Assembly (NCBI GenBank): GCA_963822945.1
Contig: CAWGJO010000027.1
Location: forward strand, 64,001-128,000
DNA: 64,000 nucleotides
Origin: an uncultured Gemmatimonadaceae bacterium
GTDB taxonomy: Bacteria > Gemmatimonadota > Gemmatimonadetes > Gemmatimonadales > Gemmatimonadaceae
Reading direction: 5' to 3'
Shown here: piece after piece, positions 55,884 to 64,000 of the stretch
Layout of the letters: each line of letters begins with the position of its first letter
Position numbering within the stretch: the stretch's first letter is position 1
Position numbers and translations under genes: made by a program
Notes under the pieces: generated by a model
Told to the model about the DNA's origin: nothing
Database searches by the model: none
Seen by the model: the letters and a program-made list of their open reading frames with translations, nothing else

Positions 55884-56784
55884 CCACGTTGCCCAGCACC
55901 TCGATGAACTCGGGCTTCGCGTTGGGCAGTTCGGTGCGGTGCAGCGTCATGCCCAGTTCCCTGGCCTTGTCCTTGGCTTCGATGTCGATGTCGAACAGCA
56001 CTTCCAGGTGATCGCTGACGAATCCGATGGGCACCTGGAGTACGTTCTTCACCCCTTCCGCCTTCAGCGTGTCGAGATAGTCGAGAATGTCGGGCCCGAT
56101 CCAGGGCTCGCCGGTGCCGCCGGCGCTCTGCCAGGCTCGGCGGAAGCCGGGGAGACCGGCGGCCTTGGCCACCAGCTCGGCGCTCTCCTGGAGCTGTGAT
56201 TCGTACGGGTCGTTCCACGTACGGATGCGTTCGGGGAGGCTGTGGGCAGTGAACACGACCGTCACCGATCCGCGATCCTTCTCGGGGAACTGCGTGAGCC
56301 CCTGCTTCACCGTATCGGCCATGAACCGCACGAAATCCGGCCGCTCGTACCAGTGGTCCACGAAGGTGAACTCGAACGGATTGCCCAACTCGGCCTGCTT
56401 CTCGTCGATGGCATGGCGGTACTGGCCGATGCTCATCTTCGAGTAGTGCGGCGCGAGCACGAACGCCGTGAACTTGCGGATCCCGTCGTCGTACATGGTC
56501 TGGAGCGCTTCGGCGATGTACGGATGCCAGTGCTTCATCCCCATGTACACCTTCCGCGTGTCGCCCGACGCCGAGAGCTTCGCCGCGAGGGCGTCGCGGA
56601 CATCCTCGGTGAGCTTGAGCAGCGGCGTGGAACCGCCCACGCGCTCGTAGCGCGCCTTCAGGTTGGCCACCGCCGCGGGCGGCGGGGTGCGCCCGTGGCG
56701 GATGTGGGTGAAGTACGCCTCGACGTCGTCGAGGGTACCGGGGGTGCCGTACGCGAGCACCAGAACTGCGTTGTCGTTCTCCAT
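55873..56784 (-). CDS. hemH: Ferrochelatase, Firmicute-like (probable coproporphyrin ferrochelatase CpfC)
   Basis: LAYGTP, YFTHIRHGR, VLAPHYS, FTAHSLP, GFVSDHLEVLFDID. Confidence 0.94.
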   Translation of the reverse strand: MENDNAVLVLAYGTPGTLDDVEAYFTHIRHGRTPPPAAVANLKARYERVGGSTPLLKLTEDVRDALAAKLSASGDTRKVYMGMKHWHPYIAEALQTMYDDGIRKFTAFVLAPHYSKMSIGQYRHAIDEKQAELGNPFEFTFVDHWYERPDFVRFMADTVKQGLTQFPEKDRGSVTVVFTAHSLPERIRTWNDPYESQLQESAELVAKAAGLPGFRRAWQSAGGTGEPWIGPDILDYLDTLKAEGVKNVLQVPIGFVSDHLEVLFDIDIEAKDKARELGMTLHRTELPNAKPEFIEVLGNVVGR

Positions 56785-57891
56785 CTAGCGGCCTCCGGCC
56801 GTTGCGGGTGATGCCCCGGGGTCGGAGGAGGTGGGGGCGGGGGTGCCGCCGCCGGCGCGCCGCGTCCGGGCGCGCACCGTAGCGATGGCGTGTTCGATGT
56901 TGGCGACGGGGGTGTCGGGCAGCAGTCCGTGGCCCAGGTTGAAGATGTGCCCGGGCCGGTCGGCGGCGCGGTCCAGGACGTCGTTCACTTCACGCGCGAT
57001 GACATCCGGGGTACCAAGCAGCACGGCGGGGTCCAGGTTCCCCTGAATGCCCTTTTCGTGGCCGATGATGTCCCAGGCGCGATCGAGCGGAATGCGCCAG
57101 TCGGCGCCGAGAATGGTGCCTCCGTCGGTGGCCATCGCGTCGAGCAGGGTGGCGGTGTTCACGCCGAAGTGGATGAGCGGCGCGCCCAGCGGCGCGAGCG
57201 CGGCGAAGATGCGGCGCGCGTAGGGCTGCACGTAGCGTACATAGTCGTTGCGCGACAGCGCGCCCACCCAGCTGTCGAACAGCTGCAGCGCGTCGGCGCC
57301 CGCCGCCCGCTGGGCGCTCAGGAATGCGATCACCATGTCGCTGAGCCGGGTCATCAGCTCGTGCCAGGTGTCCGGCGCCGCGTACATCATGGTCTTGGTG
57401 CGCAGGAAATCGCGCGACGCGCGACCCTCGATCAGGTAGGCGGCGAGCGTGAACGGCGCGCCGGTGAACCCGATGAGCGGCGTGCGGTCGCCCAGTTCGG
57501 CCTTGAGCATCCGGATCGTGTCGAGCACGTACGGCAGACCGGCCTCGGGATCGAGCGGACGCAGCGCGCGCACGTCGGCGTCGGTGCGCACCGGCGATTC
57601 GATCACCGGCCCCACGCCGTCCACGATATCCAGCGGCACGCCGGCGCCGATGAGCGGATGCATGATGTCGGCAAAGAGAATCGCCGCATCCACGCCCAGG
57701 CGCCGCACGGGCTGGAGCGTCACCTCGGTGCACACCTCGGGACGCTTGGTGATTTCGATGAGCGAATACTGCTCGCGGATGGCGCGGTATTCGGGGAGCA
57801 CGCGCCCCGCCTGCCGCATGAACCAGACCGGCGTGCGCTCCACCGGCTGGTGCCGGGCGGCGCGCATGAACACCGTGGAGTCGATCGTCAA
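56785..57891 (-). CDS. hemE: Uroporphyrinogen decarboxylase
   Basis: PVWFMRQAGR, DAAILFADI, QGNLDP, HIFNLGHG. Confidence 0.97.
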   Translation of the reverse strand: MTIDSTVFMRAARHQPVERTPVWFMRQAGRVLPEYRAIREQYSLIEITKRPEVCTEVTLQPVRRLGVDAAILFADIMHPLIGAGVPLDIVDGVGPVIESPVRTDADVRALRPLDPEAGLPYVLDTIRMLKAELGDRTPLIGFTGAPFTLAAYLIEGRASRDFLRTKTMMYAAPDTWHELMTRLSDMVIAFLSAQRAAGADALQLFDSWVGALSRNDYVRYVQPYARRIFAALAPLGAPLIHFGVNTATLLDAMATDGGTILGADWRIPLDRAWDIIGHEKGIQGNLDPAVLLGTPDVIAREVNDVLDRAADRPGHIFNLGHGLLPDTPVANIEHAIATVRARTRRAGGGTPAPTSSDPGASPATAGGR

Positions 57892-59399
57892 TTCGTAGTC
57901 CCCAATTCAGTTGGATGCCGCCGGCTCAACAGTTCGAGCACCTGGTCGGCCGCCGCCACACCCGACCGCACGCAGTCGGGAATGCCGACGCCACCGAAGG
58001 CAGCGCCCGCCACCGCCAGGCCAGGATTCCGGGCTGCCTGCGCCCGGATGCCGGCCACGCGGTCCAGATGTCCCACGTGATACTGCGGCATCGCCCGGTC
58101 GTAGCGATTGACGCGCATCAACTCCGGATCGGCGGTGATGCCCATGACTTCGCGCATCTCCGTGCGCACCACGTCGAGCAGTTCGTCGTCCGTGCGCTCC
58201 ACGAACGAGCCGCGACCGGCGCCGCCGAGGAACAGGCGAAAGAGCGAGTGGCCGGCGGGCGACCTGCCCTCGAATTTACTCGAAACCCAGGTGCAGGCGA
58301 GCACCGGCCGCTGCTGGATACGGGGAACCACGTAGCCGGTGGCGTCGAGGGCACGGGGAACGGCCGACTCGGGATAGGCCACCGAGATGGTGACGGTGGA
58401 GGCGTATTCGATGCCCCGCAGCGCCGACGCCAGCTCCTCGTCCACCGATCGAATGATCGACGCCGAGTGATAGGCCGGGGCGGCCAGGATCACCGCATCC
58501 ACGGTGAGCACCTCGCCGTTGGCGAGCGTGATCACGAACTCCGGCGCCGTGTCGTGACCGGTGCCTACGCGTTCCACCCGCTCGGCGCGGGCACCGGTGC
58601 GGATGACGGCGTTCCGCCCCGCGGGGTCGCGGCGCCGGACTTCGCGCTGGATCCCGTCGATCAACTCTTCGAGCCCACCGGGCAGCGAGATGAATCCGAA
58701 GGCCGGTTGGCGCGGCGGCTGGCCGGGCGCGGCGGCGCCGGGCGTGGCACCGGCCACCTTCCTCGCTTCGCGCTGCCTGCGCTTGGTGGCCAGCATCCCC
58801 TTCACCAGTCCGCCGTGCTCGCGTTCGTAGGCGCGCAACTGGGGGAACATCGCCTCCATGCTCAGCTTGGCGCCGTCGCCGGCCGAGATGCCGCTGAGCA
58901 GGGGCTCCACCAGGCGCTCGTACATCTCGCGTCCCAGCCGCCGGGTCACGAAGCTCTCGATGGATTCGTCGGGCGCGTTCCGGCGCGGCGGGATGAAGTA
59001 CTCCATTCCCACCCGCAGCTTGCCCAGCGGCGACACGAGCGGCGTGGTGGCGAAGGGCGTGAAGCGCGAGGGCACTAGGCCGGTGAGCCCGTCGGGCATC
59101 GGGAAGAGCCGCTTGCCGCTGAGGATATACGAACCCTTGACCGACGGGTTGGTGCCGTGCAGGCGCTCGCCGAGCCCCACGCGCTTGGCGAGTTCCACGG
59201 CGGCAGGCTTCGCGGCAAGGATCACGTCGGGACCCGCTTCCATGAGGAAGCCGCCCGAACGTTCGGTGCGGATGTGGCCGCCCAGCCGGGGCGCCGCTTC
59301 GAGGAGCGTGACCTGCACCGACGGGGCCACCCGTGTGAGTTGCTCCAGCGCCGTCAGCCCACTGATTCCGCCGCCGATGATGGCGACGCGAGCGGTCAT
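57888..59399 (-). CDS. hemY: Flavin-dependent proto/coproporphyrinogen oxidase (HemY/CgoX type)
   Basis: IIGGGISGL, RLGG, MEAGPD, MPQYHVGH, GVGIPDC. Confidence 0.93.
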   Translation of the reverse strand: MTARVAIIGGGISGLTALEQLTRVAPSVQVTLLEAAPRLGGHIRTERSGGFLMEAGPDVILAAKPAAVELAKRVGLGERLHGTNPSVKGSYILSGKRLFPMPDGLTGLVPSRFTPFATTPLVSPLGKLRVGMEYFIPPRRNAPDESIESFVTRRLGREMYERLVEPLLSGISAGDGAKLSMEAMFPQLRAYEREHGGLVKGMLATKRRQREARKVAGATPGAAAPGQPPRQPAFGFISLPGGLEELIDGIQREVRRRDPAGRNAVIRTGARAERVERVGTGHDTAPEFVITLANGEVLTVDAVILAAPAYHSASIIRSVDEELASALRGIEYASTVTISVAYPESAVPRALDATGYVVPRIQQRPVLACTWVSSKFEGRSPAGHSLFRLFLGGAGRGSFVERTDDELLDVVRTEMREVMGITADPELMRVNRYDRAMPQYHVGHLDRVAGIRAQAARNPGLAVAGAAFGGVGIPDCVRSGVAAADQVLELLSRRHPTELGTTN

Positions 59400-60793
59400 T
59401 GCTTCAATCCGAAGAGGTGCCGGACGGCCATCGCATAGCCGGCCACCTGTCCGTTGCGCGCCTCCTGGCGCAGCCGCTGCATGGGCTCATGGAACAGCCG
59501 GTTCACCAACGACTCGGAGAACGCTTCGATGTGCCGGCGGTCGTCGTCGCCGAGGTGCGCGAACTGCCGGCGCGCGCGGTCGAGCGCGGCCCGGCGCACG
59601 GCGTCGGTGTGGCCGCGCAGGTCGGCGATGAGCGGCTGCACGTCGAGCTGCTGCAGGGCGGCGATGCACTGCCTGGCCTCCTCCTCCACCACAGCCTCCA
59701 CGCGCGGCACCTCGGCTTCACGCTCGTGCAATCCTTCCTCGATGCGCTGCTCGAGTACATCGAGGTCGGTGTACGTCACGTTGGGCACCGTGCGCACTTC
59801 GGGATCGATGTCGCGCGGCACGGCGATGTCGATGAGGAGCATCGGCCGGTCGGGACGGAGCGACATCGACGTGGAGATCATGTCGCGCGTGATCACGTGG
59901 TGCGGGGCGGACGTGGAACTGATCACCACGTCGGCGCCGTCGAGGGCGTCCTGCAGACGTTCGAGCGGAACCGGGCGTCCGCCGACATGCGCGCTGAGGC
60001 GGTCGGCGTGCTCACGGGTGCGGCTCACGACGGAGATGTCATTCACTCCCCGGTAGTGTAGCGCGGACACGGCCAATTCCGCCATCTCACCGGCACCCAC
60101 CACCACCACCGACGCGGACTGGAGATCGGCGAGCGCCGCGCCGGCCAGCTTGACCGCCACCGAACTCACGGTGGTGGGGTTGCGGCTGATACCGGTTTCC
60201 GAGCGCGCCCGGCGGCCCGCCCGGATGGCGCCGCGGAAGAGCGTGGACATCATGTGGCCGGCGGCGCCGTGCGCGGATGCCGTGGCGAACGCCTCGGACA
60301 CCTGCCCCAGGATCTGCGGCTCGCCGATGACCATCGATTCGAGGCCGGCGGTGGTGCGGCACAGATGCCGGACCGCGTCGTCGCCCGCGAGCACGTAGGC
60401 CACGGGCTCCAACTCGGCCCGCGATACCCCGGTGGTCTCCTCGATGAGGGCGAACACCGCCTGCCCCGCCTGCTTGCCACCGGCGGCGTACAGCTCCAGC
60501 CGGTTGCAGGTGGAGAGCACGACCATCTCGCTGATGGCGGATGGGCGCGCCGCGTCGCCGCATCCGAAGCGCGAGAGCGCGGTCTCGATGGCGGATTCGG
60601 GGACGGCCAGCCGCTCGCGCAGCGCCAGCGGCGCGGTGCGGAAGGAGATCCCCACACACAGGAGTCCGCCCTCGGACGGGTGGGCGCGCGGAGCGCCCGC
60701 CGGGTGCTCGCCGGATTCGACGAGCGCCAGCGGGCGGGCGGTCTCTGCAGATTCGTGGGGGAGTTCGGTTTCGTGAAGAGCGGTGGCGCTCAT
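59396..60793 (-). CDS. hemA: Glutamyl-tRNA reductase
   Basis: LSTCNRLELY, GLESMVIGEPQILGQV, GAGEM, IDIAVPRDI. Confidence 0.97.
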   Translation of the reverse strand: MSATALHETELPHESAETARPLALVESGEHPAGAPRAHPSEGGLLCVGISFRTAPLALRERLAVPESAIETALSRFGCGDAARPSAISEMVVLSTCNRLELYAAGGKQAGQAVFALIEETTGVSRAELEPVAYVLAGDDAVRHLCRTTAGLESMVIGEPQILGQVSEAFATASAHGAAGHMMSTLFRGAIRAGRRARSETGISRNPTTVSSVAVKLAGAALADLQSASVVVVGAGEMAELAVSALHYRGVNDISVVSRTREHADRLSAHVGGRPVPLERLQDALDGADVVISSTSAPHHVITRDMISTSMSLRPDRPMLLIDIAVPRDIDPEVRTVPNVTYTDLDVLEQRIEEGLHEREAEVPRVEAVVEEEARQCIAALQQLDVQPLIADLRGHTDAVRRAALDRARRQFAHLGDDDRRHIEAFSESLVNRLFHEPMQRLRQEARNGQVAGYAMAVRHLFGLKQ

Positions 60794-62067
60794 GCGGCGC
60801 TCCCGTTCACGAATGCCTCCACGTCGGCCACCGGGAGATTCCGGCGGTAGCGTGCTTCGAAATATTCAGTCACCGGTTCCGCCTCCCCGCGCTCCACCAT
60901 CGCCGCGTACTTCCGCGGGATGTGCGCGCAGAACGGTTCGGATTCCATGAAATCACCCGTCATCCCGTAGGCACGAGCGCGGCTGCCCCCGCAGACCTTG
61001 AGATACTCGCACACACCGCACTTGCCCTTGATGTCCTCACGGTGACGGAGCTGGGTGAAGATGGGAGATTCGCGATACACCTGCACCAGATCGTCGTTCC
61101 GGATGTTGCCGGCCACGAGGGGCAGGAAGCCCGACGGCATGATCTCGCCCGTGTGGCTGATGAACATGAAGCCGTCGCCGTCGTTCACGCTGCGCGCGCG
61201 GCCGATGCCGTCGGAGAGCGAGAACATCACGCCGCCCGTCATCACGTCGGGCTTCTCCTCGCGCGACCCGGCGCGGCGCTCGGCCACCTGGCGCTCCATG
61301 ATCACGCGCGAGTACTGCGGCGCGGCGGTGGCCTTGATGTCGAAGGGCGCCGTCTTGGACAGGTCGTACATCTTGTTGAAGATCTTCTCGTACTCCTCGG
61401 CGCTCGCCACATCGCCCGGCTTGGCGCGGCCCGTGGGGACGAGGAAGAAGACCTCCCAGAACACGATCCCCAGCCGCTCCATGAGCGCCGCCAGGTTGTC
61501 GAAGTCGTCGATGTTGTGACGCGCGATGACCGTGTTCACCTGCGTGGAGAGCCCGATGCGCCGCGACTCTTCAAGAATGCGCATGCCCCAATCGAACGAG
61601 CCGTCCACTCGGCGAAACGCGTCGTGGATTTCAGGGGTGGAGCCGTCGAGGCTCACGGCAAGCCGGGAGAGGCCTGCGTTCTTGAAGTTCTGGATCGCTT
61701 CGGGGGTTGCCAGAGGCGTGGTGGCCGGCGTGACGCCCATGCGCAGGCCCAGCTTGAAGCCGTAGTCCACGAGATCGAACACGTCGGGACGCTTGAGACA
61801 GTCGCCACCGCTCATCACGAACACCACGTTGCCGAATTCGCGGATCTTGCGGAGCATCGCCTTGGCTTCGTCGGTGCTGAGCTCGGCGGGGTTCCGGTAG
61901 GGCACGGCCTCGGCGCGACAGTGGCGGCAAGCCAGGTCGCAGGCGCGGGTCGTTTCCCAGATCACCACGAAGGGTGACTTGTTGAAGTCGAAGTCGGCGA
62001 TGCCGGCGCGCCCCTTTCCGGCGGGATGCCCGTTGCCATGGCCCTGATGTGGGTGCATCTGACCCAT
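60790..62067 (-). CDS. Radical SAM/SPASM protein (NirJ/AhbD-related, TIGR04053-like)
   Basis: WETTRACDLACRHCRA, VSLDG, FFLVPTGR, CGVCEYLKVCGGSRARAY..EPFC; ATGA overlap with hemA. Confidence 0.88.
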   Translation of the reverse strand: MGQMHPHQGHGNGHPAGKGRAGIADFDFNKSPFVVIWETTRACDLACRHCRAEAVPYRNPAELSTDEAKAMLRKIREFGNVVFVMSGGDCLKRPDVFDLVDYGFKLGLRMGVTPATTPLATPEAIQNFKNAGLSRLAVSLDGSTPEIHDAFRRVDGSFDWGMRILEESRRIGLSTQVNTVIARHNIDDFDNLAALMERLGIVFWEVFFLVPTGRAKPGDVASAEEYEKIFNKMYDLSKTAPFDIKATAAPQYSRVIMERQVAERRAGSREEKPDVMTGGVMFSLSDGIGRARSVNDGDGFMFISHTGEIMPSGFLPLVAGNIRNDDLVQVYRESPIFTQLRHREDIKGKCGVCEYLKVCGGSRARAYGMTGDFMESEPFCAHIPRKYAAMVERGEAEPVTEYFEARYRRNLPVADVEAFVNGSAA

Positions 62068-62436
62068 CTCCTCGGTGAATAACCCGATGTCCGACAGCGT
62101 GTTGCCGCCGGACGGGGACAGAATGCCAAAGGGGGGGCCCGGACGGTGTCGGGGGATGGAGGAAACGGTTGGTGGGGACGACTACGGAGGTGTAGGGAAA
62201 TCCCCGACGCTGGCAGATTTGCGGTAGATGGCCGGCTTTTCCGGTCCTGCGGCCTGATGCGTTGCGCAAGCCGCCCCCTATTCCTGCGGCCGCGTGATCT
62301 CCTGGGGCACTTCGATGTCCGCCGCGGCCTGCTCACAACCGGAGCGTTCCGGGCGGATGGGATCGTCGAGCGAAGCCGTGAGAATCTCAACCCCCTCCAC
62401 CCGGAACGCCGCGGCCGGATCGGGCCTCAGACCGGC

Positions 62437-62886
62437 TCATGCCAGAACGAACACCTCCCCGCACCGATTGCACATGAATGACTGCTCCCAGCGAGCGTAG
62501 AGCCCGGGCCACTCCTCCTTGTTCCACTGAAAGCCCTTGAGCGCGAAGCGCCCGGCCAGCACCGTGGCGCCCAGCAACAACAGGCTGCCCAGGGAAATGG
62601 GAAAGAAGCTGGAGAGCGTCCAGATTCCCATGATGACGGCCGCGATGCTCCACAGGATCGCGTGCTTCTTGCCTGGAGGCGACGCTTCTTTCGAGAGCGC
62701 GGTCTGCTGCTTGCCGGTCGTGGTCGCCGACCCGCGGCCGGACCCGAAGGCCACCCCACCACCGCCCACCGCCATCCCCGATCCTGCGGACTGCGTCCTG
62801 GTCGTGATGATGGAAAGACCTTCCTTGTAGATCATCGACAGCTTCCGCACCTCACCCGAGGTGCACTTTGGACATGCGAGTTCCAT
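62437..62886 (-). CDS. Hypothetical membrane protein with N- and C-terminal CxxC
   Basis: MELACPKC...two TM helices...FMCNRCGEVF; GAGGGAGG RBS. Confidence 0.7.
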   Translation of the reverse strand: MELACPKCTSGEVRKLSMIYKEGLSIITTRTQSAGSGMAVGGGGVAFGSGRGSATTTGKQQTALSKEASPPGKKHAILWSIAAVIMGIWTLSSFFPISLGSLLLLGATVLAGRFALKGFQWNKEEWPGLYARWEQSFMCNRCGEVFVLA

Positions 62887-62897
62887 GGGAGCCTCCC

Positions 62898-63371
62898 TCA
62901 GTAAGTGACGTCGATCTTGCCGTTGGTGACGACCTTCGTGGTCGTGGGCACGGGAGAACCCGTGAACCCGGGCGCGCTGAAGCTGAACGTGCCCACGATG
63001 TGATTCGCCGTGCGGGACGTGATGATCACGGAGCCACTGCCCTGGATTGCGCTGGCCGCCCAGCTCTCCGAGCCGTTCAGCGAAAGGGTGAAGTTGGTGA
63101 TGAGCTGCTGCTGGGATATGGCGTACGTGCCGGGTCCCTGGTCGGGGAACGCCATGCCGATGGTCAGACCAGAGGCATCGGCTGCGCCGATCGAGAGGAC
63201 TCCGTTGGCGGACCTGACGGTGCTGGCTACCGCCGTCCAGTGGGCGCCGTCGATATCCGCGCTCAGCCCCCCGTTGCCGCCGCCGGACGGGCTGGTGGTG
63301 CTGCTGCCGCCGCACGCGGCGAGCAGGAAAAGTCCGGCTGATACCGTCAGCCGGATGAGGTTGCGCTGCAT
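62898..63371 (-). CDS. Hypothetical lipoprotein (beta-rich)
   Basis: Lipobox LAAC then G/S/T linker; GGAGG RBS; ends VTNGKIDVTY. Confidence 0.75.
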   Translation of the reverse strand: MQRNLIRLTVSAGLFLLAACGGSSTTSPSGGGNGGLSADIDGAHWTAVASTVRSANGVLSIGAADASGLTIGMAFPDQGPGTYAISQQQLITNFTLSLNGSESWAASAIQGSGSVIITSRTANHIVGTFSFSAPGFTGSPVPTTTKVVTNGKIDVTY

Positions 63372-63524
63372 GGACTTGCCCTCCGAAAGGGGTGGTGAGG
63401 AGCCGTGGCCCGTAGCGGTTCCGCTTGGCGGGCGCGGGACGGGGGCGCATCTTGGGGGCACACCGCTCCAACTCAGGTGGTGGTGAATCACTCCGCATTG
63501 CGCGGAAACCCCGGAAAAACCGTC

Positions 63525-64000
63525 ATGCCATCTGCGGCCAAGTCCCATCCGGGAGAAGATCCGCCTCCGTTGCCCGTCGAAGGCCGAGAGGGGCTCGACC
63601 GGCTCTTCAGCGCGACCTACGAAGAGTTGCGACGCCTGGCCGCGCGGGTTCGCTCCGGCGATCCCGGCGCCACGTTCACTCCCACCACGCTGGTCAACGA
63701 AGCGTGGCTCAAGTTGGCAGCGAGCCCCAACGTCGGTTTCGAGTCGCGGCTGCATTTCCGCCGCATTGCCGCTCGCGCCATGCGCCAGGTCCTGGTGGAG
63801 GCCGCGCGCCGCCGACATTCCCAGAAGCGGGGAGCGGGTTCGGTCGTGGTGACGTTCGATGAATCCCTGGACGCTCCCGCCAGCACCGCGCGCGACGTTC
63901 TGGGTCTCGACGCCGCGCTCGACACGTTGGCCCAGATCAGCCCGCGGCAGGCCGCCATCGTCGAGCAGCGCTTCTTCGGCGGGCTGAGCGTGGCGGAAAC
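63525..64000 (+). CDS. ECF sigma factor, TIGR02999-like, truncated by window end
   Basis: Not in ORF track. Manual translation gives LDRLFSATYEELRRLA..TPTTLVNEAWLKL..HFRRIAARAMRQVLVEAARRR..KRG..IVEQRFFGGLSVAE. Confidence 0.9.
   Translation, partial: MPSAAKSHPGEDPPPLPVEGREGLDRLFSATYEELRRLAARVRSGDPGATFTPTTLVNEAWLKLAASPNVGFESRLHFRRIAARAMRQVLVEAARRRHSQKRGAGSVVVTFDESLDAPASTARDVLGLDAALDTLAQISPRQAAIVEQRFFGGLSVAE

Noticed and set aside
60790..62067. RiPP maturase or PqqE
   Set aside because: No precursor peptide or pqq genes adjacent; coupled to hemA

Overview
High-GC (roughly 70% by eye) bacterial chromosomal window with about 50 genes and no rRNA, tRNA, CRISPR array or transposase that I can recognise. 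Gene content (duplicated orphan ABC permease, TIGR02999-type ECF sigma, S9/M16 peptidases, Gln after most signal peptides) suggests Gemmatimonadota or a related soil lineage; this is inference. The standout is a tightly coupled five-gene minus-strand operon (6251-13943). It encodes a membrane protein with two His-x13-His pairs (predicted di-heme b), a membrane-anchored ferredoxin plus circularly permuted thioredoxin-reductase-fold flavoprotein, a 23-heme and a 21(+1)-heme secreted cytochrome built from triheme repeats, and an outer-membrane beta-barrel. Together these look like a complete NAD(P)H-to-cell-surface electron conduit. The window also carries the full ccmABCDEFGH operon and a heme operon (radical SAM-hemA-hemY-hemE-hemH) that suggests a coproporphyrin-type route finished by a radical SAM enzyme. 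Other loci: mddA with TetR, two RND efflux systems (one ECF-linked, one trxC/P-II-like/DUF2892/ArsR-linked), polX-ligA-standalone WYL, a Ca2+ ATPase/antiporter pair, CarH-like regulator with fasciclin, and two ~190-bp MITE-like palindromes. Six single-base frameshifts in otherwise intact genes point to assembly indel errors. All calls come from motif recognition by eye; no database search was run.
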